From Erysipelotrichaceae bacterium (lineage in GTDB: Bacteria; Bacillota_I; Bacilli_A; Erysipelotrichales; Erysipelotrichaceae): a stretch of 64,000 nucleotides of DNA. Location: positions 1,932-65,931 of the forward strand of contig WSYG01000004.1 in the NCBI GenBank assembly GCA_009773735.1. Direction: 5' to 3'. How positions within the stretch are numbered: the stretch's first letter is position 1; the number at the start of each line of letters is the position of its first letter. A model generated the notes under the pieces. It did no database searches and was not told the origin of the DNA. It saw nothing but the letters and a program-made list of their open reading frames with translations. A program made the translations under genes and the position numbers. Shown in pieces: positions 1 to 10,103 of this stretch.

Positions 1-1145
1 CCTGTTCGTTTACTCAGTTTAAATTCTTCGCCGTCTTTGATCATGCGTGCCATCTGGATGATGTCGACGCTGAGATCTTCTTTTTGATAACCAAGGGCTT
101 GAAAAGCCGCTTGGAGACGGGCAATATACCCATGATGGTCTGCCCCCAGCAGATTCACCAATTTATCGTAACCTCTTTGTTTCTTATTGAGGTGGTACGC
201 AATGTCGGGAAGAATGTAAGTATAGGAGCCATCTGATTTGATTAGGACCCGATCTTTATCATCTTCATAGTCAGTGGTTCTTAAGAATAAAGCCCCTTCT
301 GAAGTGTAAGTATGCCCGTTAGTGATAAGTGTGTCAAGTGTTTTTTTAACTAGTCCTTGATCATATAGTGATTGTTCAGAGGTCCAAACATCAAATTCTA
401 CTCTAAATTTCTTTAAGTCTTCCTTTAATTTATTGGTTTCGGCTTCTAAACCATAATTCCTAAACAAAGGTAAACTTTCGTCTAAGGGTAGATCTTTATA
501 GCTTTCCTGGACTTCGATTTTAAGGTCAGCCGCAATTTCAATCAGATCTTTACCATGGTAACCATCTTCAGGAAGCGCTGCGTTGATTCCACAGGCCTGT
601 AGATAACGGGCTTGGAGTGAACGTGCCATATTGTTGATTTGATTCCCTGCGTCGTTTAAATAGTACTCACGAGTCACTTTAAAGCCAGCTTTACTCATGA
701 TCCGAGTTAAAGAGTCACCAATGGCAGCACCACGAGCATGTCCAGGATGAAGATCACCCGTTGGATTGGCCGATACATATTCGATGTTGAACCAAAGAGG
801 ATCTTGTTGAATGGTTTGACCATAAGTTAGATCGGCTTCAAGAATCAATCCAATGATTTTCGATAGAAATTGCTCATCCATCTTGAAGTTAACAAAACCT
901 GCACCCGCGATCTCTGCACTTTTGATTCCTGCAACCTTAAAATCGATCGCATCGACCAACGTTTGAGCTAAGGCTCTTGGATTTCCTTTTATGATTTTGA
1001 CCAGTCTCATCGCAAGATTGGTAGAATAATCGCCGTGTTCTTTTAGCTTAGGCACTTCAATGATGATGTCATCAAGTGGTAAGTCCAATGAGAAAGCTTT
1101 GTATACCGCATGCTGAAGCTCTGTCTTCAAAGCTTGTTCAATCAT
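1..1145 (-). CDS. argS: arginine--tRNA ligase, N-terminal ~381 codons (3' end runs off the window)
   Basis: Absent from the ORF track because the window edge truncates it. My reverse-complement translation from the ATG at 1145 reads MIEQALKTELQHAVYKAFSLDLPLDDIIIEVPKLKEHGDYSTNLAMRLVK...EIAGAGFVNF...FNIEYVSANPTGDLHPGHARGAAIGDS. This has the class I HIGH-type motif and a typical ArgRS N-terminus. Confidence 0.9.
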   Translation of the reverse strand, partial: MIEQALKTELQHAVYKAFSLDLPLDDIIIEVPKLKEHGDYSTNLAMRLVKIIKGNPRALAQTLVDAIDFKVAGIKSAEIAGAGFVNFKMDEQFLSKIIGLILEADLTYGQTIQQDPLWFNIEYVSANPTGDLHPGHARGAAIGDSLTRIMSKAGFKVTREYYLNDAGNQINNMARSLQARYLQACGINAALPEDGYHGKDLIEIAADLKIEVQESYKDLPLDESLPLFRNYGLEAETNKLKEDLKKFRVEFDVWTSEQSLYDQGLVKKTLDTLITNGHTYTSEGALFLRTTDYEDDKDRVLIKSDGSYTYILPDIAYHLNKKQRGYDKLVNLLGADHHGYIARLQAAFQALGYQKEDLSVDIIQMARMIKDGEEFKLSKRT

Positions 1146-1147
1146 GT

Positions 1148-1543
1148 TCATGCTTGTGCTCCCTTCATGGTATATGTCAACGTTTGATACGTGATCACAG
1201 AATCTTCCATGATTAGTTTGTAGGTAATGGAAAGTTGATGGGCATCGATATGATGTTTAAGGATCTTGACTTGTCCGCGCATTTCACCTTGATCACTGAT
1301 GACTCTAAATGTTCCAGAGCCATTAAGTTGAAAAATAATGTGGGTTTGCCATTGCGCATCTCGATGAAGAATCCATTCTGTTTCATTTAGAATAAGGTTT
1401 ACTTTTGTGGTTTGATCCTTCTCAAGATAACTTAAAGATAAGGGTTGGTCATGATAAAGGGCTGAGCATTCATAAGATTGGGTCGGTTCACGATCTAGAT
1501 GATCAATAATTTGTATATGGACAACGATTGAGTGACTCCCCAT
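1148..1543 (-). CDS. DUF1934 (YwiB-like) small beta-barrel protein
   Basis: 131-aa ORF whose stop lies 2 nt before the argS start. A DUF1934 gene directly upstream of argS is a conserved Bacillota arrangement. The family call rests on size, context and overall look, not on a diagnostic motif. Confidence 0.55.
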   Translation of the reverse strand: MGSHSIVVHIQIIDHLDREPTQSYECSALYHDQPLSLSYLEKDQTTKVNLILNETEWILHRDAQWQTHIIFQLNGSGTFRVISDQGEMRGQVKILKHHIDAHQLSITYKLIMEDSVITYQTLTYTMKGAQA

Positions 1544-1566
1544 TTATTAACCCTTTACCTGTAAGC

Positions 1567-1594
1567 ATTATAATTAAATCACACGCATTGTCAA
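1567..1594 (-). promoter_or_regulatory. sigma-A type promoter for the DUF1934-argS unit
   Basis: Minus strand reads TTGACA (1594-1589), a 16-nt spacer, then TATAAT (1572-1567), about 25 nt upstream of the ORF start at 1543. Confidence 0.5.
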
Positions 1595-1690
1595 GTTAAA
1601 GACGCACATTGATTTAAGTTTACTAAAACATGCCCACTATTAGGACAAATGGTTCTTATATGAATGGTTTTATTGAACAATCAGTCCTAT

Positions 1691-1718
1691 AAAATAAAAG
1701 CGTACTTTTAAGTGCGCT
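1691..1718 (-). terminator. intrinsic terminator after the ABC-2 operon
   Basis: 7-bp stem (1699-1705 / 1712-1718, one mismatch) followed on the minus strand by UUUUAUUUU. It lies 5 nt downstream of the stop at 1723. Confidence 0.45.
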
Positions 1719-1722
1719 AGAT

Positions 1723-2520
1723 TTAGATCGTCAAATCTCGTTTAGGATAATAATAAGCACTGGCAACAATCGCAATGACACTAACAACGATGGTAAAAAC
1801 CAGATAGAACATATTTATATTGAGATCTAAGAGTTCAGTGACCCTAAAATATTGGAAAGGCACAAATATCCTTAAGAAATCTGTGTTATCAATGATGCCC
1901 ATGATGACCCCCAACATATAACTGGTCAACATCACTGTCAGTGACAATTGTGAAGACTTCTTGGCATCTTTTAAGAAAGCAGCCATAAAAAATGATATTG
2001 AAAGATAAAACATCATGATAATGAACATCGCAATCATCATATAAGCAAGTTCCATCGTGATTGGTTCATTGGGTGAAACCGTATTGATGATGGCAGCTGA
2101 TGTGCCCCAAGTGACCCCTACAAACACAAGCACGAGGGTCGTTGCGGCAAGTAACTTAACCAAAAGAATTTTCATTCGACTTATGGGTTTGACCATTAAG
2201 AATTCAACTGTTTTATCGCGTTCTTCTTTCGCTAAGATGCCTGATCCAACCATGATCGCAAAGACTGCCCCCATAATGGTGACATAGGCATAGATCATCC
2301 CATAGAATCCACCAAAACTATCGATTGGGATTCCCGCTAAACCAAATATCGCAAAGAATGCTTTAGGCAAGGTATCCATGATTGCCCCGATATCTAAATC
2401 ACCACCAGAAGAAAAGGCCTCATATTTACCGATCCCAGCCCCTACCATAAAAACAATCCCTAAGATCCAAAACAACATTGTTTTTAAATACGACTTTAAC
2501 TCTTGAAGATATAGGTTCAT
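1723..2520 (-). CDS. ABC-2 family transporter permease
   Basis: 265-aa polytopic membrane ORF, last gene of an ATPase-permease-permease operon. Its size and topology match the upstream paralogue. Confidence 0.7.
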   Translation of the reverse strand: MNLYLQELKSYLKTMLFWILGIVFMVGAGIGKYEAFSSGGDLDIGAIMDTLPKAFFAIFGLAGIPIDSFGGFYGMIYAYVTIMGAVFAIMVGSGILAKEERDKTVEFLMVKPISRMKILLVKLLAATTLVLVFVGVTWGTSAAIINTVSPNEPITMELAYMMIAMFIIMMFYLSISFFMAAFLKDAKKSSQLSLTVMLTSYMLGVIMGIIDNTDFLRIFVPFQYFRVTELLDLNINMFYLVFTIVVSVIAIVASAYYYPKRDLTI

Positions 2521-2528
2521 AGGTCCTC

Positions 2529-3326
2529 CTATACCGCATGGATGTCTTTACGTGTAAAGATCACGTAAGCACCCACCAGTGATACACCAGTCACCAAAGC
2601 CCACATCCCAAGCATTGGCCATTCATATGACGTGTTATAGAAGATATAGTTCTTATCGAACCATTGGAAAGGACTGATGTATCTTAACCAAGGTTCTTCT
2701 AAGATTGCCTGCATCAAATTCATAACGAACAGAGTAAAAACAACAGACATACTGACACCTACAACTGATTTTAATTTTCTAAGTAGGACGGCAATAAAGA
2801 CACCAATGCCTGCGAATAAGATTTGAATCAAGGCCGTGGATAGATTTAATATTAGAAAGGCATTAAAATTAAGCGTTTGATTCTCTACACTACTCAACAT
2901 GATGTAAGACAAGATGGAGACAAATATCCAAGTGATAAACAAATGTGCCCCAATGGCCAAACATTTCTGGATCAATACCGAAGATCGTGACATCGGCTTC
3001 GTTAATATAAAATCAGACATCTTTAAACGTACTTCTTTCCCTACGATCCCTAGTCCTAACATAATGGCTTGAATGGATACGATCAAATGCAGATACATCA
3101 AGATAAACGAATAGAAACCTAGAGCTGTAAACAAGGTATCGATGTGTACACCTAAGCTTCTTAGTACGATCTCAGGTAATCTTTCAAAGATGGGTTTCAT
3201 GATTTCGATTTCTTTAAAATAAACAGGAAAGAAACTCATAAAGATCCCAATCAACAAAGCCAAACCAAAACACCAAGACAAGGTCGACTTTATGGTTTGT
3301 TTGAACTCAAATCTAAAAACATTCAT
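2529..3326 (-). CDS. ABC-2 family transporter permease
   Basis: 265-aa polytopic membrane ORF that starts 1 nt after the ATPase gene stop. Confidence 0.7.
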   Translation of the reverse strand: MNVFRFEFKQTIKSTLSWCFGLALLIGIFMSFFPVYFKEIEIMKPIFERLPEIVLRSLGVHIDTLFTALGFYSFILMYLHLIVSIQAIMLGLGIVGKEVRLKMSDFILTKPMSRSSVLIQKCLAIGAHLFITWIFVSILSYIMLSSVENQTLNFNAFLILNLSTALIQILFAGIGVFIAVLLRKLKSVVGVSMSVVFTLFVMNLMQAILEEPWLRYISPFQWFDKNYIFYNTSYEWPMLGMWALVTGVSLVGAYVIFTRKDIHAV

Positions 3327-3327
3327 A

Positions 3328-4212
3328 TTAAGCCTCCTTCTGATAATAGTGAAGGAAGATTTCTTCCAGCTCAGCTTCGTGAACGTTGACCCTTACTAGA
3401 TCCAAAGCAGACAGCTTTCTCATCAATAAGTTGATGTCCCCTTTGTATAAGAAAGATACTTCGTTGCCCGTTTGAGTCAACTCATTGAGTTTACCTAAAC
3501 CTAGATCTGTGATATCAACAGGAACTCTGCTTTCAAATCCAACTTTAAGATACGCTTCTTCTTTCATATTATGAACAGAGTCGATTTTTACAATGCGACC
3601 TTCTTTGATGATGGCAACGCGATGACACAATTTTTGGACTTCAGATAAGATGTGGGATGAGAATAAGACCGTTGCCCCACGTTTGTTTTCTTCAGCCAAG
3701 ATCTCAAAGAAGATGTTTTGCATCAAAGGATCTAAGCCTGATGTTGGTTCATCCAAAAGGATGAGTTTTGGAGAATGAAGTAAACCTTGGACAATGCCTA
3801 CTTTTTTCTTGTTGCCATAAGATAAATCATCGATTTTTTTATTGAGGTCTAAATCTAAACGTGCTGCCAATTCTTTGATGCGTTGACTGCAGTCTTTTTT
3901 ATAGAAACTTGCGGAATAATTGAGCAGTTCCTTAACTTTCATATTGTCGTAATAAAATACTTCAGACGGAAGATAGCCAATTTCTTGATGGATCTCTTTC
4001 GCATGCATGATCACGTCTTTCCCAAAGATCGTAGCGGAACCTGATGTTGGATGAATCAGAGCCAACAATGTTCTGATGGATGTTGATTTGCCTGCCCCGT
4101 TGGGTCCAATGAATCCAAAGATTTCGCCTTCTTCAACAGTGAGATCAACTTCGATGATGCCTCTTGATTTTCCATAATACTTCGTTAGCTTCTTGGTTTC
4201 AATAACAGCCAT
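3328..4212 (-). CDS. ABC transporter ATP-binding protein
   Basis: Walker A GPNGAGKST, signature-like LSYGNKKK, Walker B LILLDEPTSGLD, H-loop SSHIL. Confidence 0.9.
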   Translation of the reverse strand: MAVIETKKLTKYYGKSRGIIEVDLTVEEGEIFGFIGPNGAGKSTSIRTLLALIHPTSGSATIFGKDVIMHAKEIHQEIGYLPSEVFYYDNMKVKELLNYSASFYKKDCSQRIKELAARLDLDLNKKIDDLSYGNKKKVGIVQGLLHSPKLILLDEPTSGLDPLMQNIFFEILAEENKRGATVLFSSHILSEVQKLCHRVAIIKEGRIVKIDSVHNMKEEAYLKVGFESRVPVDITDLGLGKLNELTQTGNEVSFLYKGDINLLMRKLSALDLVRVNVHEAELEEIFLHYYQKEA

Positions 4213-4304
4213 GATCTTCTTCCTCCCTATGGTTTTAGTGATAACTTCACAAAATTCTCTATATCAATAAGTATAAACCTGCTCCTATAAAAAGCGTATA
4301 AATT

Positions 4305-5549
4305 TTACGCTTTGAATTGATTCATAAAATTTTCAATATCTTCGATCGACTTTAGGATTTGTGGTGATAAGATTTCGCATCCGTTCTCTGTCACCAACAC
4401 ATCATCTTCAATTCTAACCCCAATGCCTTCTATGGCACTATATAACCCAGGTTCAACTGTAATGACCATGCCTGGTTTTAAACTCAAACCTTCAATGTGT
4501 CCCACATCATGGGTATCTAAACCCAAGAAGTGAGATACACCATGATAATAGACAGTATCGATCTTAGAGGCATCTTCGATGATCTTGGCTTCAACGCAAG
4601 ATTTTGCATAGATTTGTTTAACAACCATATTGAGCTCACCTAATGATAGTCCAGGTTTAATCGCTTTGAATACAGCTTGTTGAGCTTCTAGGACAATTGA
4701 ATAGAATGTTTTTTGACGATCTGTAAATTTTCCATTGATGGGGAATGTACGTGAAATATCTGCACAGTAATGATGATATGTAGCCCCTAAATCCAATAGA
4801 ATCAATTCTCCATCAACTAAGGTCTTTTGGTTACTGACATAGTGTAACGTACACGCATTCTCTCCTGAAGCTGCGATGGTATCAAACGCATTGTCGCTGT
4901 TTTCTAAAGCCAAGGTGTGATTAAAGTCAGCGACGACTTCATATTCCTTGCGTCCTGCTTTTAACTTGGATAATGCATTCTCTAAGGCTTTATGGGTGAT
5001 TTCGATGGCTTGTTTGATCGCATCGATTTCTTCTGGGGTTTTGATACATCTGAGTTCATTGATCCTGTGATTGAGATTGGATACTTTAAGGCCGGGGTAT
5101 AGTTTATGGATCTTTCGACCAAAAGCTTCGCCTTCCATCATTCTGCCATTGAGCGAATCTCTTTCTGTGTCAACATACAAATGAATTAAGTCATTGCGAT
5201 CAATTGTTCTTGCTAGTGTAGATTCATAGGCAGACAAAGACAAAACTTGAGTGATTCCACTGATGGTCCTAGCTTCTTCTGATTTGATGGATTTCCCAAC
5301 CCATTTCTCCATAAGAGGATTATCATCTTTGATAAACAAGAATTCTTTTAGTCCAGACTGTGTTTTTAAAAGAACCAAGATAAGGCTATCTTCATCTAAT
5401 CCTGTTAAGTAAAAGAAATTACGATTTACACTGAAAGGATAGGTTGAATCCGCTGAACGTTTAATCAGATCACCTGAAAAAAGCACAGCGATACTTCCCA
5501 TTTCCATTGATTTTAATACATCTAAACGTCTTTCTACAGCTCTGTTCAT
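4305..5549 (-). CDS. M24-family Xaa-Pro aminopeptidase
   Basis: Pita-bread fold metal-ligand blocks: LLDLGATYHHYCADISRT, HGVSHFLGLDTHD, VEPGLY, IRIEDDVLVT. An N-terminal creatinase/AMP_N-like region is present. Confidence 0.8.
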   Translation of the reverse strand: MNRAVERRLDVLKSMEMGSIAVLFSGDLIKRSADSTYPFSVNRNFFYLTGLDEDSLILVLLKTQSGLKEFLFIKDDNPLMEKWVGKSIKSEEARTISGITQVLSLSAYESTLARTIDRNDLIHLYVDTERDSLNGRMMEGEAFGRKIHKLYPGLKVSNLNHRINELRCIKTPEEIDAIKQAIEITHKALENALSKLKAGRKEYEVVADFNHTLALENSDNAFDTIAASGENACTLHYVSNQKTLVDGELILLDLGATYHHYCADISRTFPINGKFTDRQKTFYSIVLEAQQAVFKAIKPGLSLGELNMVVKQIYAKSCVEAKIIEDASKIDTVYYHGVSHFLGLDTHDVGHIEGLSLKPGMVITVEPGLYSAIEGIGVRIEDDVLVTENGCEILSPQILKSIEDIENFMNQFKA

Positions 5550-6754
5550 AAGATCTCCTTTGGGAAATAGACTTTCTTATCGTCTTTTGGTTTGGCCGCT
5601 ACAATGGCTGCTACAATATTGGATACTTGAGACAACTCTTTGATGGTGCCATCTATTAAAGTGATGTAAATCAAGGATTCATCTTCTTGGTAAGGACTAT
5701 AAGGCCTAGAAGACATCTCATCTTGGTAGAAATAATAACGACTGTCATACGTTTTTTCAACTTTTTGACGTATGACGTTTCGTTCATCTTCGTTTTTAAC
5801 ATCGACATAACCAAACAATCTTCGATTCAATAAACGTTCAGCCAGATCTTTTAAGATTGGATCTTGTTCAACACTGGCCATATGAAAGCCCGCAAAGCAC
5901 GTTGATTCATCCAAGTGATAGAACGGATCGAGTTCAACTTTTCCCAGCAAGAATCTAAACATGGGGTATCGTTGTGTGATCGAAGGATCACTCTTGGTTA
6001 GATCGACCCATCGTTTAAAGAAAGCGATCAAGATGGCTTCAACAGCTCTTCCTACCGGATGATAATAGACTTGGTAATACATATGATATCTGGCCATGAT
6101 GTAGTCTTCTATGCTGTGTATTCCGCTTTCTTTGACAGTTAACTTATCCCCATTGACCACAAAGGTACGTAAGATTCGCTCTAAGTCATATTTTCCGTAT
6201 GATGTTCCTGTAAAATAGGCATCTCTTAAGAGGTAATCCATACGATCCGCATCCAATTGACTGGATACAAATTGACTTAGTACAGCTTTAGGATGAGTAT
6301 GACTCAAAATAGAAGCCACGACTTTTGATAATCCGCTTTGAGCTTTCTCCAACACACGATGAACTTCTGAATCTTCAAGGATGATTTTTTGGGTGATGTC
6401 TTCATGGTGAACCTTTGAGATTACTTCAAAGATATGACTAAAAGGACCATGTCCGATATCGTGTAGTAAAGCAGCAGCCATGACTGCAATCTTATCTTCT
6501 TCATTTAAGATCTCATCGATCCCATTGATCTCATTGACCATTCTACGTACGATCTCATACACACCTAATGCGTGTGAAAAACGTGAATGTTCAGCAGTAT
6601 GATACACCTGGTACGTGGTTCCCAACTGATGGATACGTTTTAGTCTTTGAACTTCTCTACATGCTAAAAGGTCCCAGATGAGCTGATCTTCAATATGGAT
6701 ATATTCATGGATAGGGTCTCTTAAGACCTTAGATTCACTTGTTTTATTTAGCAT
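5546..6754 (-). CDS. HD-domain phosphohydrolase (dNTP triphosphohydrolase-like, YwfO type)
   Basis: Motifs HSRFSHALGV, LLHDIGHGPFSH and DADRMDYLLRD. The start overlaps the ispF stop and the stop overlaps the peptidase start. Confidence 0.8.
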   Translation of the reverse strand: MLNKTSESKVLRDPIHEYIHIEDQLIWDLLACREVQRLKRIHQLGTTYQVYHTAEHSRFSHALGVYEIVRRMVNEINGIDEILNEEDKIAVMAAALLHDIGHGPFSHIFEVISKVHHEDITQKIILEDSEVHRVLEKAQSGLSKVVASILSHTHPKAVLSQFVSSQLDADRMDYLLRDAYFTGTSYGKYDLERILRTFVVNGDKLTVKESGIHSIEDYIMARYHMYYQVYYHPVGRAVEAILIAFFKRWVDLTKSDPSITQRYPMFRFLLGKVELDPFYHLDESTCFAGFHMASVEQDPILKDLAERLLNRRLFGYVDVKNEDERNVIRQKVEKTYDSRYYFYQDEMSSRPYSPYQEDESLIYITLIDGTIKELSQVSNIVAAIVAAKPKDDKKVYFPKEIL

Positions 6755-7224
6755 ATTTCTTCCAATAAAACCACTGCTTGAGCAACGACCCCTTCTTCAT
6801 GACCAATAAAGCCCAGTCCTTCACCACGCGTTGCCTTGATGTTGAGCTGATCATTTTGACACTGTAATATGGCACATAAGTTTTCTTTCATGGCCAATAT
6901 ATGAGGCGCCATCTTTGGCTTCTCAATGAGGATCAAAGCATCTATATTACCAACCTTATAGTTTCTTTGATTCATCATGAGCACTACTTCTTGTAGGATC
7001 AATAAAGAACGAATGCCTTTGTATTTAGGATCAGTATCAGGAAAGTGTTTCCCCAAATCACCTAGAGCCAAAGCTCCTAAAATCGCTTCAGCGATCACAT
7101 GAGTTAACGCATCCGCATCAGAATGTCCTAAACAACCTTTATTGTGCTCGATTAAAACGCCCCCTAAAATAAGGGGTCTGCCTTCTACCAAAGGATGTAT
7201 GTCTGTTGATTGTCCAATTCTCAT
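6748..7224 (-). CDS. ispF: 2-C-methyl-D-erythritol 2,4-cyclodiphosphate synthase
   Basis: 158 aa: MRIGQSTDIHPL..., GHSDADALTHV, ATRGEGLGFIG. Typical IspF. Confidence 0.9.
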   Translation of the reverse strand: MRIGQSTDIHPLVEGRPLILGGVLIEHNKGCLGHSDADALTHVIAEAILGALALGDLGKHFPDTDPKYKGIRSLLILQEVVLMMNQRNYKVGNIDALILIEKPKMAPHILAMKENLCAILQCQNDQLNIKATRGEGLGFIGHEEGVVAQAVVLLEEIC

Positions 7225-7321
7225 AGTGGCCTCGCCTTATCATTATACCATCTCATCATTATGCTTTGTTTGTTTGTGATTTGACAGCACTTTTTATTAT
7301 GCTTTATTCCTGTGATAAAAT

Positions 7322-8077
7322 ATGTCCATGAAAATCATGACCTTTAATCTACGCTATGACAATGAATCCGATGGATTCAACAGTTGGTCACTTCGAAAAG
7401 AGCCTTTATTAAAGATGATTCATAAACACCAAGCGGATGTGATAGGTACTCAAGAAACCACCGATCGTATTTATGCCACTTTAAAAGATCATTTCCATGA
7501 ATATGAAATTATTGGTGATGGGCGAGAAAGTAATCGTTTGGGTGAACGTTGTAGTGTCATGATCAAAAAGGACAAATATAAAGTACTTAAGAGTGAAACT
7601 GTTTGGTTAAACGGAGATTTTTATAAAGCAGGAGACAAAGATGAAGAAGAAGGATTTCCTAGGATCTGTACGATGGTTTTGATTCAAGATAAACAGAGTT
7701 TAGAAAAGACAAGGATCTTTAATACTCATCTTGCCTATCGATCAGAAATAGCCATCGTTAATAATGGTAAGTATCTTCTTAAATACATCAAACATTTTGA
7801 ACATACCAAGATTCCTTTTGTCTTAATGGGAGATTTCAATGTTGAAATCGACCATCCACTTCATAAACTTTTGTTAGAAAACTTCAAAGAGGCCTATATG
7901 ACCCTTAAGATCAAACGTCCCAATACTTTTCATGGATATCTAGATCCTTTAGGGATATCTCCAATTGATTTCATTTATACCAACTCTTTAACTTTTAAAT
8001 CCATTGAAACAGATCAATCACTTATAGATGATCATTATCCTTCTGATCATTACCCATTGATTGCGGAGCTCCAATGA
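7322..8077 (+). CDS. endonuclease/exonuclease/phosphatase (EEP) family protein
   Basis: N-terminal MTFNLRY, GDFN and C-terminal SDHYPL catalytic blocks. Confidence 0.75.
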   Translation: MSMKIMTFNLRYDNESDGFNSWSLRKEPLLKMIHKHQADVIGTQETTDRIYATLKDHFHEYEIIGDGRESNRLGERCSVMIKKDKYKVLKSETVWLNGDFYKAGDKDEEEGFPRICTMVLIQDKQSLEKTRIFNTHLAYRSEIAIVNNGKYLLKYIKHFEHTKIPFVLMGDFNVEIDHPLHKLLLENFKEAYMTLKIKRPNTFHGYLDPLGISPIDFIYTNSLTFKSIETDQSLIDDHYPSDHYPLIAELQ

Positions 8078-8523
8078 ATATCACTTTACGTCAAGCTAAG
8101 CCATCAGATACCCCAATCATTCTGTCCCTAATCAAAGCATTGGCACAGGTTGAACGTCTCTCTGATCGTGTCTTTGCGACTGTTGAAGAACTTGAAAAAG
8201 CTTTGTTTGAAAGACAAGAAGCTTATGTCATATTGGCTGAACTTGATCAACACGTCGTTGGGTTTGCCTTGTATTTCTATAATTTTTCAACCTTTTTAGG
8301 TAAGAAGGGTTTATACATGGAAGATCTGTTTGTCTTAGAAGAAGCCAGAAATAAAGGCATAGGTAAAGCCCTCTTTCAACAGTGTATCCACATCGCTAAA
8401 ACAGAAGGTTGTGGAAGAATGGAATGGTCAGTTTTAGATTGGAATGAACCTTCAATTGAGTTCTACATTAAACAAGGTGCACAGCCTATGCAAGATTGGA
8501 CTGTGTATCGACTTGAGTTCTAA
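8074..8523 (+). CDS. GNAT family N-acetyltransferase
   Basis: 149 aa with acetyl-CoA binding motif RNKGIGKALF. The start overlaps the upstream stop (ATGA). Confidence 0.8.
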   Translation: MNITLRQAKPSDTPIILSLIKALAQVERLSDRVFATVEELEKALFERQEAYVILAELDQHVVGFALYFYNFSTFLGKKGLYMEDLFVLEEARNKGIGKALFQQCIHIAKTEGCGRMEWSVLDWNEPSIEFYIKQGAQPMQDWTVYRLEF

Positions 8524-8526
8524 ACA

Positions 8527-8552
8527 CAAAAAAACCGAAATTTCGGTTTTTT
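8527..8552. terminator. bidirectional intrinsic terminator
   Basis: AAAAAAACCGAAATTTCGGTTTTTT: a perfect palindromic stem with A-run and T-run flanks, between convergent genes. Confidence 0.7.
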
Positions 8553-8567
8553 ACATGAATTCATTAT

Positions 8568-10103
8568 TTATGGTTTTAATCTTATGTTTTTACGATCTAA
8601 ATAAGGTACTAATATACTCTCACACTCTGTTGCACTTAGATAAGGTTTCAACTGTACGTTCCTGCCATCTTTATACACTAAGATAAAATGATCATAATCG
8701 ATTGCCTCTCCTTGAGAATCCGTTAATGTTTCACGATAAGAGACCTGAGCCAATTGATTATAGAACTGATCTTGAGTAGGGGGAAGCCATAAGAATGATG
8801 GTTGAAGTGTAAAATGGCCATGGTAGAAGACAAGGATGTTGGTTCCATTCCAAGAGCCAACCAGAAGCATCAATAAGATGGCTATGAAGGAAACAAGTTT
8901 AAGTCGCTTGGTGTTTGAACTGTGCTTGTATCGATAATCATAGCCCTTATAGAGCTCATGATCATCTGGATAAATCATTTGATGAGATAAAGGCAAGCCC
9001 CAAATTGCCCCAAATAAAGTCGCAATAAGTACAGGGATGACCCCAATCCATAAGTTAACGCCAGTTTTATATTGGCTTTCCAAGGTAATGATCCAATGTG
9101 AGAAACCCATCGCAAAATATACCGCAATCGCCATCATAACTACCATGAACAGATAAGACAAACCATAGCTTGCTTTCATCTGTTGATGATACTTATCTTT
9201 TTTAGTTGAATCCTTATAGTGATAATTCTGGTTGATTAGACGAGGAAGCACATCGAATTGCCCATGAGACCCTAAACTTAAACGAGATTTTAATTCGTTG
9301 ATGATGTTTTGTTCATAGTCACTTAATGGGAGCTTTGTTTGTTGATAAGCATCTAAACTTTCTTGATTTTGTCTCAATAAGAATTGCTTGTAAGCAGGTA
9401 ACATCATCAGTGTCATTTTATAATCTAAAACTGCTTTATTGACACTGGGTGTTATTTGATCGATGGATCCAACCAGAGACTTGTGATCTTCAGTTAACTT
9501 ACTTAAAAACTGCTTTGTCCTATTGGGATTTGATGCTATTTCTTTTAAGCGAGATTGATAATGTCTAAATAGGCTTAATAGAGATTCAATGGCTTCTATA
9601 ACCAAGTTATCTGATAAGCAATCCATATAAAGGAAAGGTGTAAAATCATCTGAGTCCATCATCGCATCAAAAGGAAATACCCAAGTTTGACCATCAACTT
9701 TTAACGTAAAATCCATTTTAATGATACAGGCTGGTGAATCTGATTTTTCTAGTTGTGGTATGAAATTGATATCTAAACCATATTCAGAATAATCAATTTT
9801 TGCTTCGATCTTAATTAAGCCATCTGCTTCATTTTGAGGTGAACGATAAACTCTTTCTCTAGATTTGACACTGCCTTGAGTCATTCTCGCAAAACGTATG
9901 ACTTCAAGTTCATAAGCTTTAAATATTCTTTCAAAATATCTTTCATATTTTAGAGATGTTTTATTCATAGTGCTCCAGTCAGATCTAGGTTGATGCGTAA
10001 GGCGAAATTCTACAACACCATTATCACCCATAAATGCATGGGTTGCACTATAAAAAAGATAATCTTGCCTAAAAATAATACTTGAATATAAAGAAAAACC
10101 CAT
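8568..10103 (-). CDS. hypothetical membrane protein (about 330-aa cytoplasmic N-domain, 3-4 TM helices, about 70-aa C-tail)
   Basis: Long uninterrupted ORF with no family I recognise. Hydrophobic segments are GLSYLFMVVMMAIAVYFAMGF, GVNLWIGVIPVLIATLFGAIWGL and LVSFIAILLMLLVGSW. The 5' end is uncertain because the ATG at 10103 lies inside the darA terminator hairpin. An in-frame ATG at 9968 is preceded by GGAG. Confidence 0.55.
   Translation of the reverse strand: MGFSLYSSIIFRQDYLFYSATHAFMGDNGVVEFRLTHQPRSDWSTMNKTSLKYERYFERIFKAYELEVIRFARMTQGSVKSRERVYRSPQNEADGLIKIEAKIDYSEYGLDINFIPQLEKSDSPACIIKMDFTLKVDGQTWVFPFDAMMDSDDFTPFLYMDCLSDNLVIEAIESLLSLFRHYQSRLKEIASNPNRTKQFLSKLTEDHKSLVGSIDQITPSVNKAVLDYKMTLMMLPAYKQFLLRQNQESLDAYQQTKLPLSDYEQNIINELKSRLSLGSHGQFDVLPRLINQNYHYKDSTKKDKYHQQMKASYGLSYLFMVVMMAIAVYFAMGFSHWIITLESQYKTGVNLWIGVIPVLIATLFGAIWGLPLSHQMIYPDDHELYKGYDYRYKHSSNTKRLKLVSFIAILLMLLVGSWNGTNILVFYHGHFTLQPSFLWLPPTQDQFYNQLAQVSYRETLTDSQGEAIDYDHFILVYKDGRNVQLKPYLSATECESILVPYLDRKNIRLKP

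Noticed and set aside
1544-1722. Possible T-box leader upstream of the DUF1934-argS unit
   Set aside because: No GGGUGGNACCGCG-like T-box sequence or Stem I features were found on the minus strand. The region is explained by a consensus promoter plus the terminator of the upstream ABC operon.
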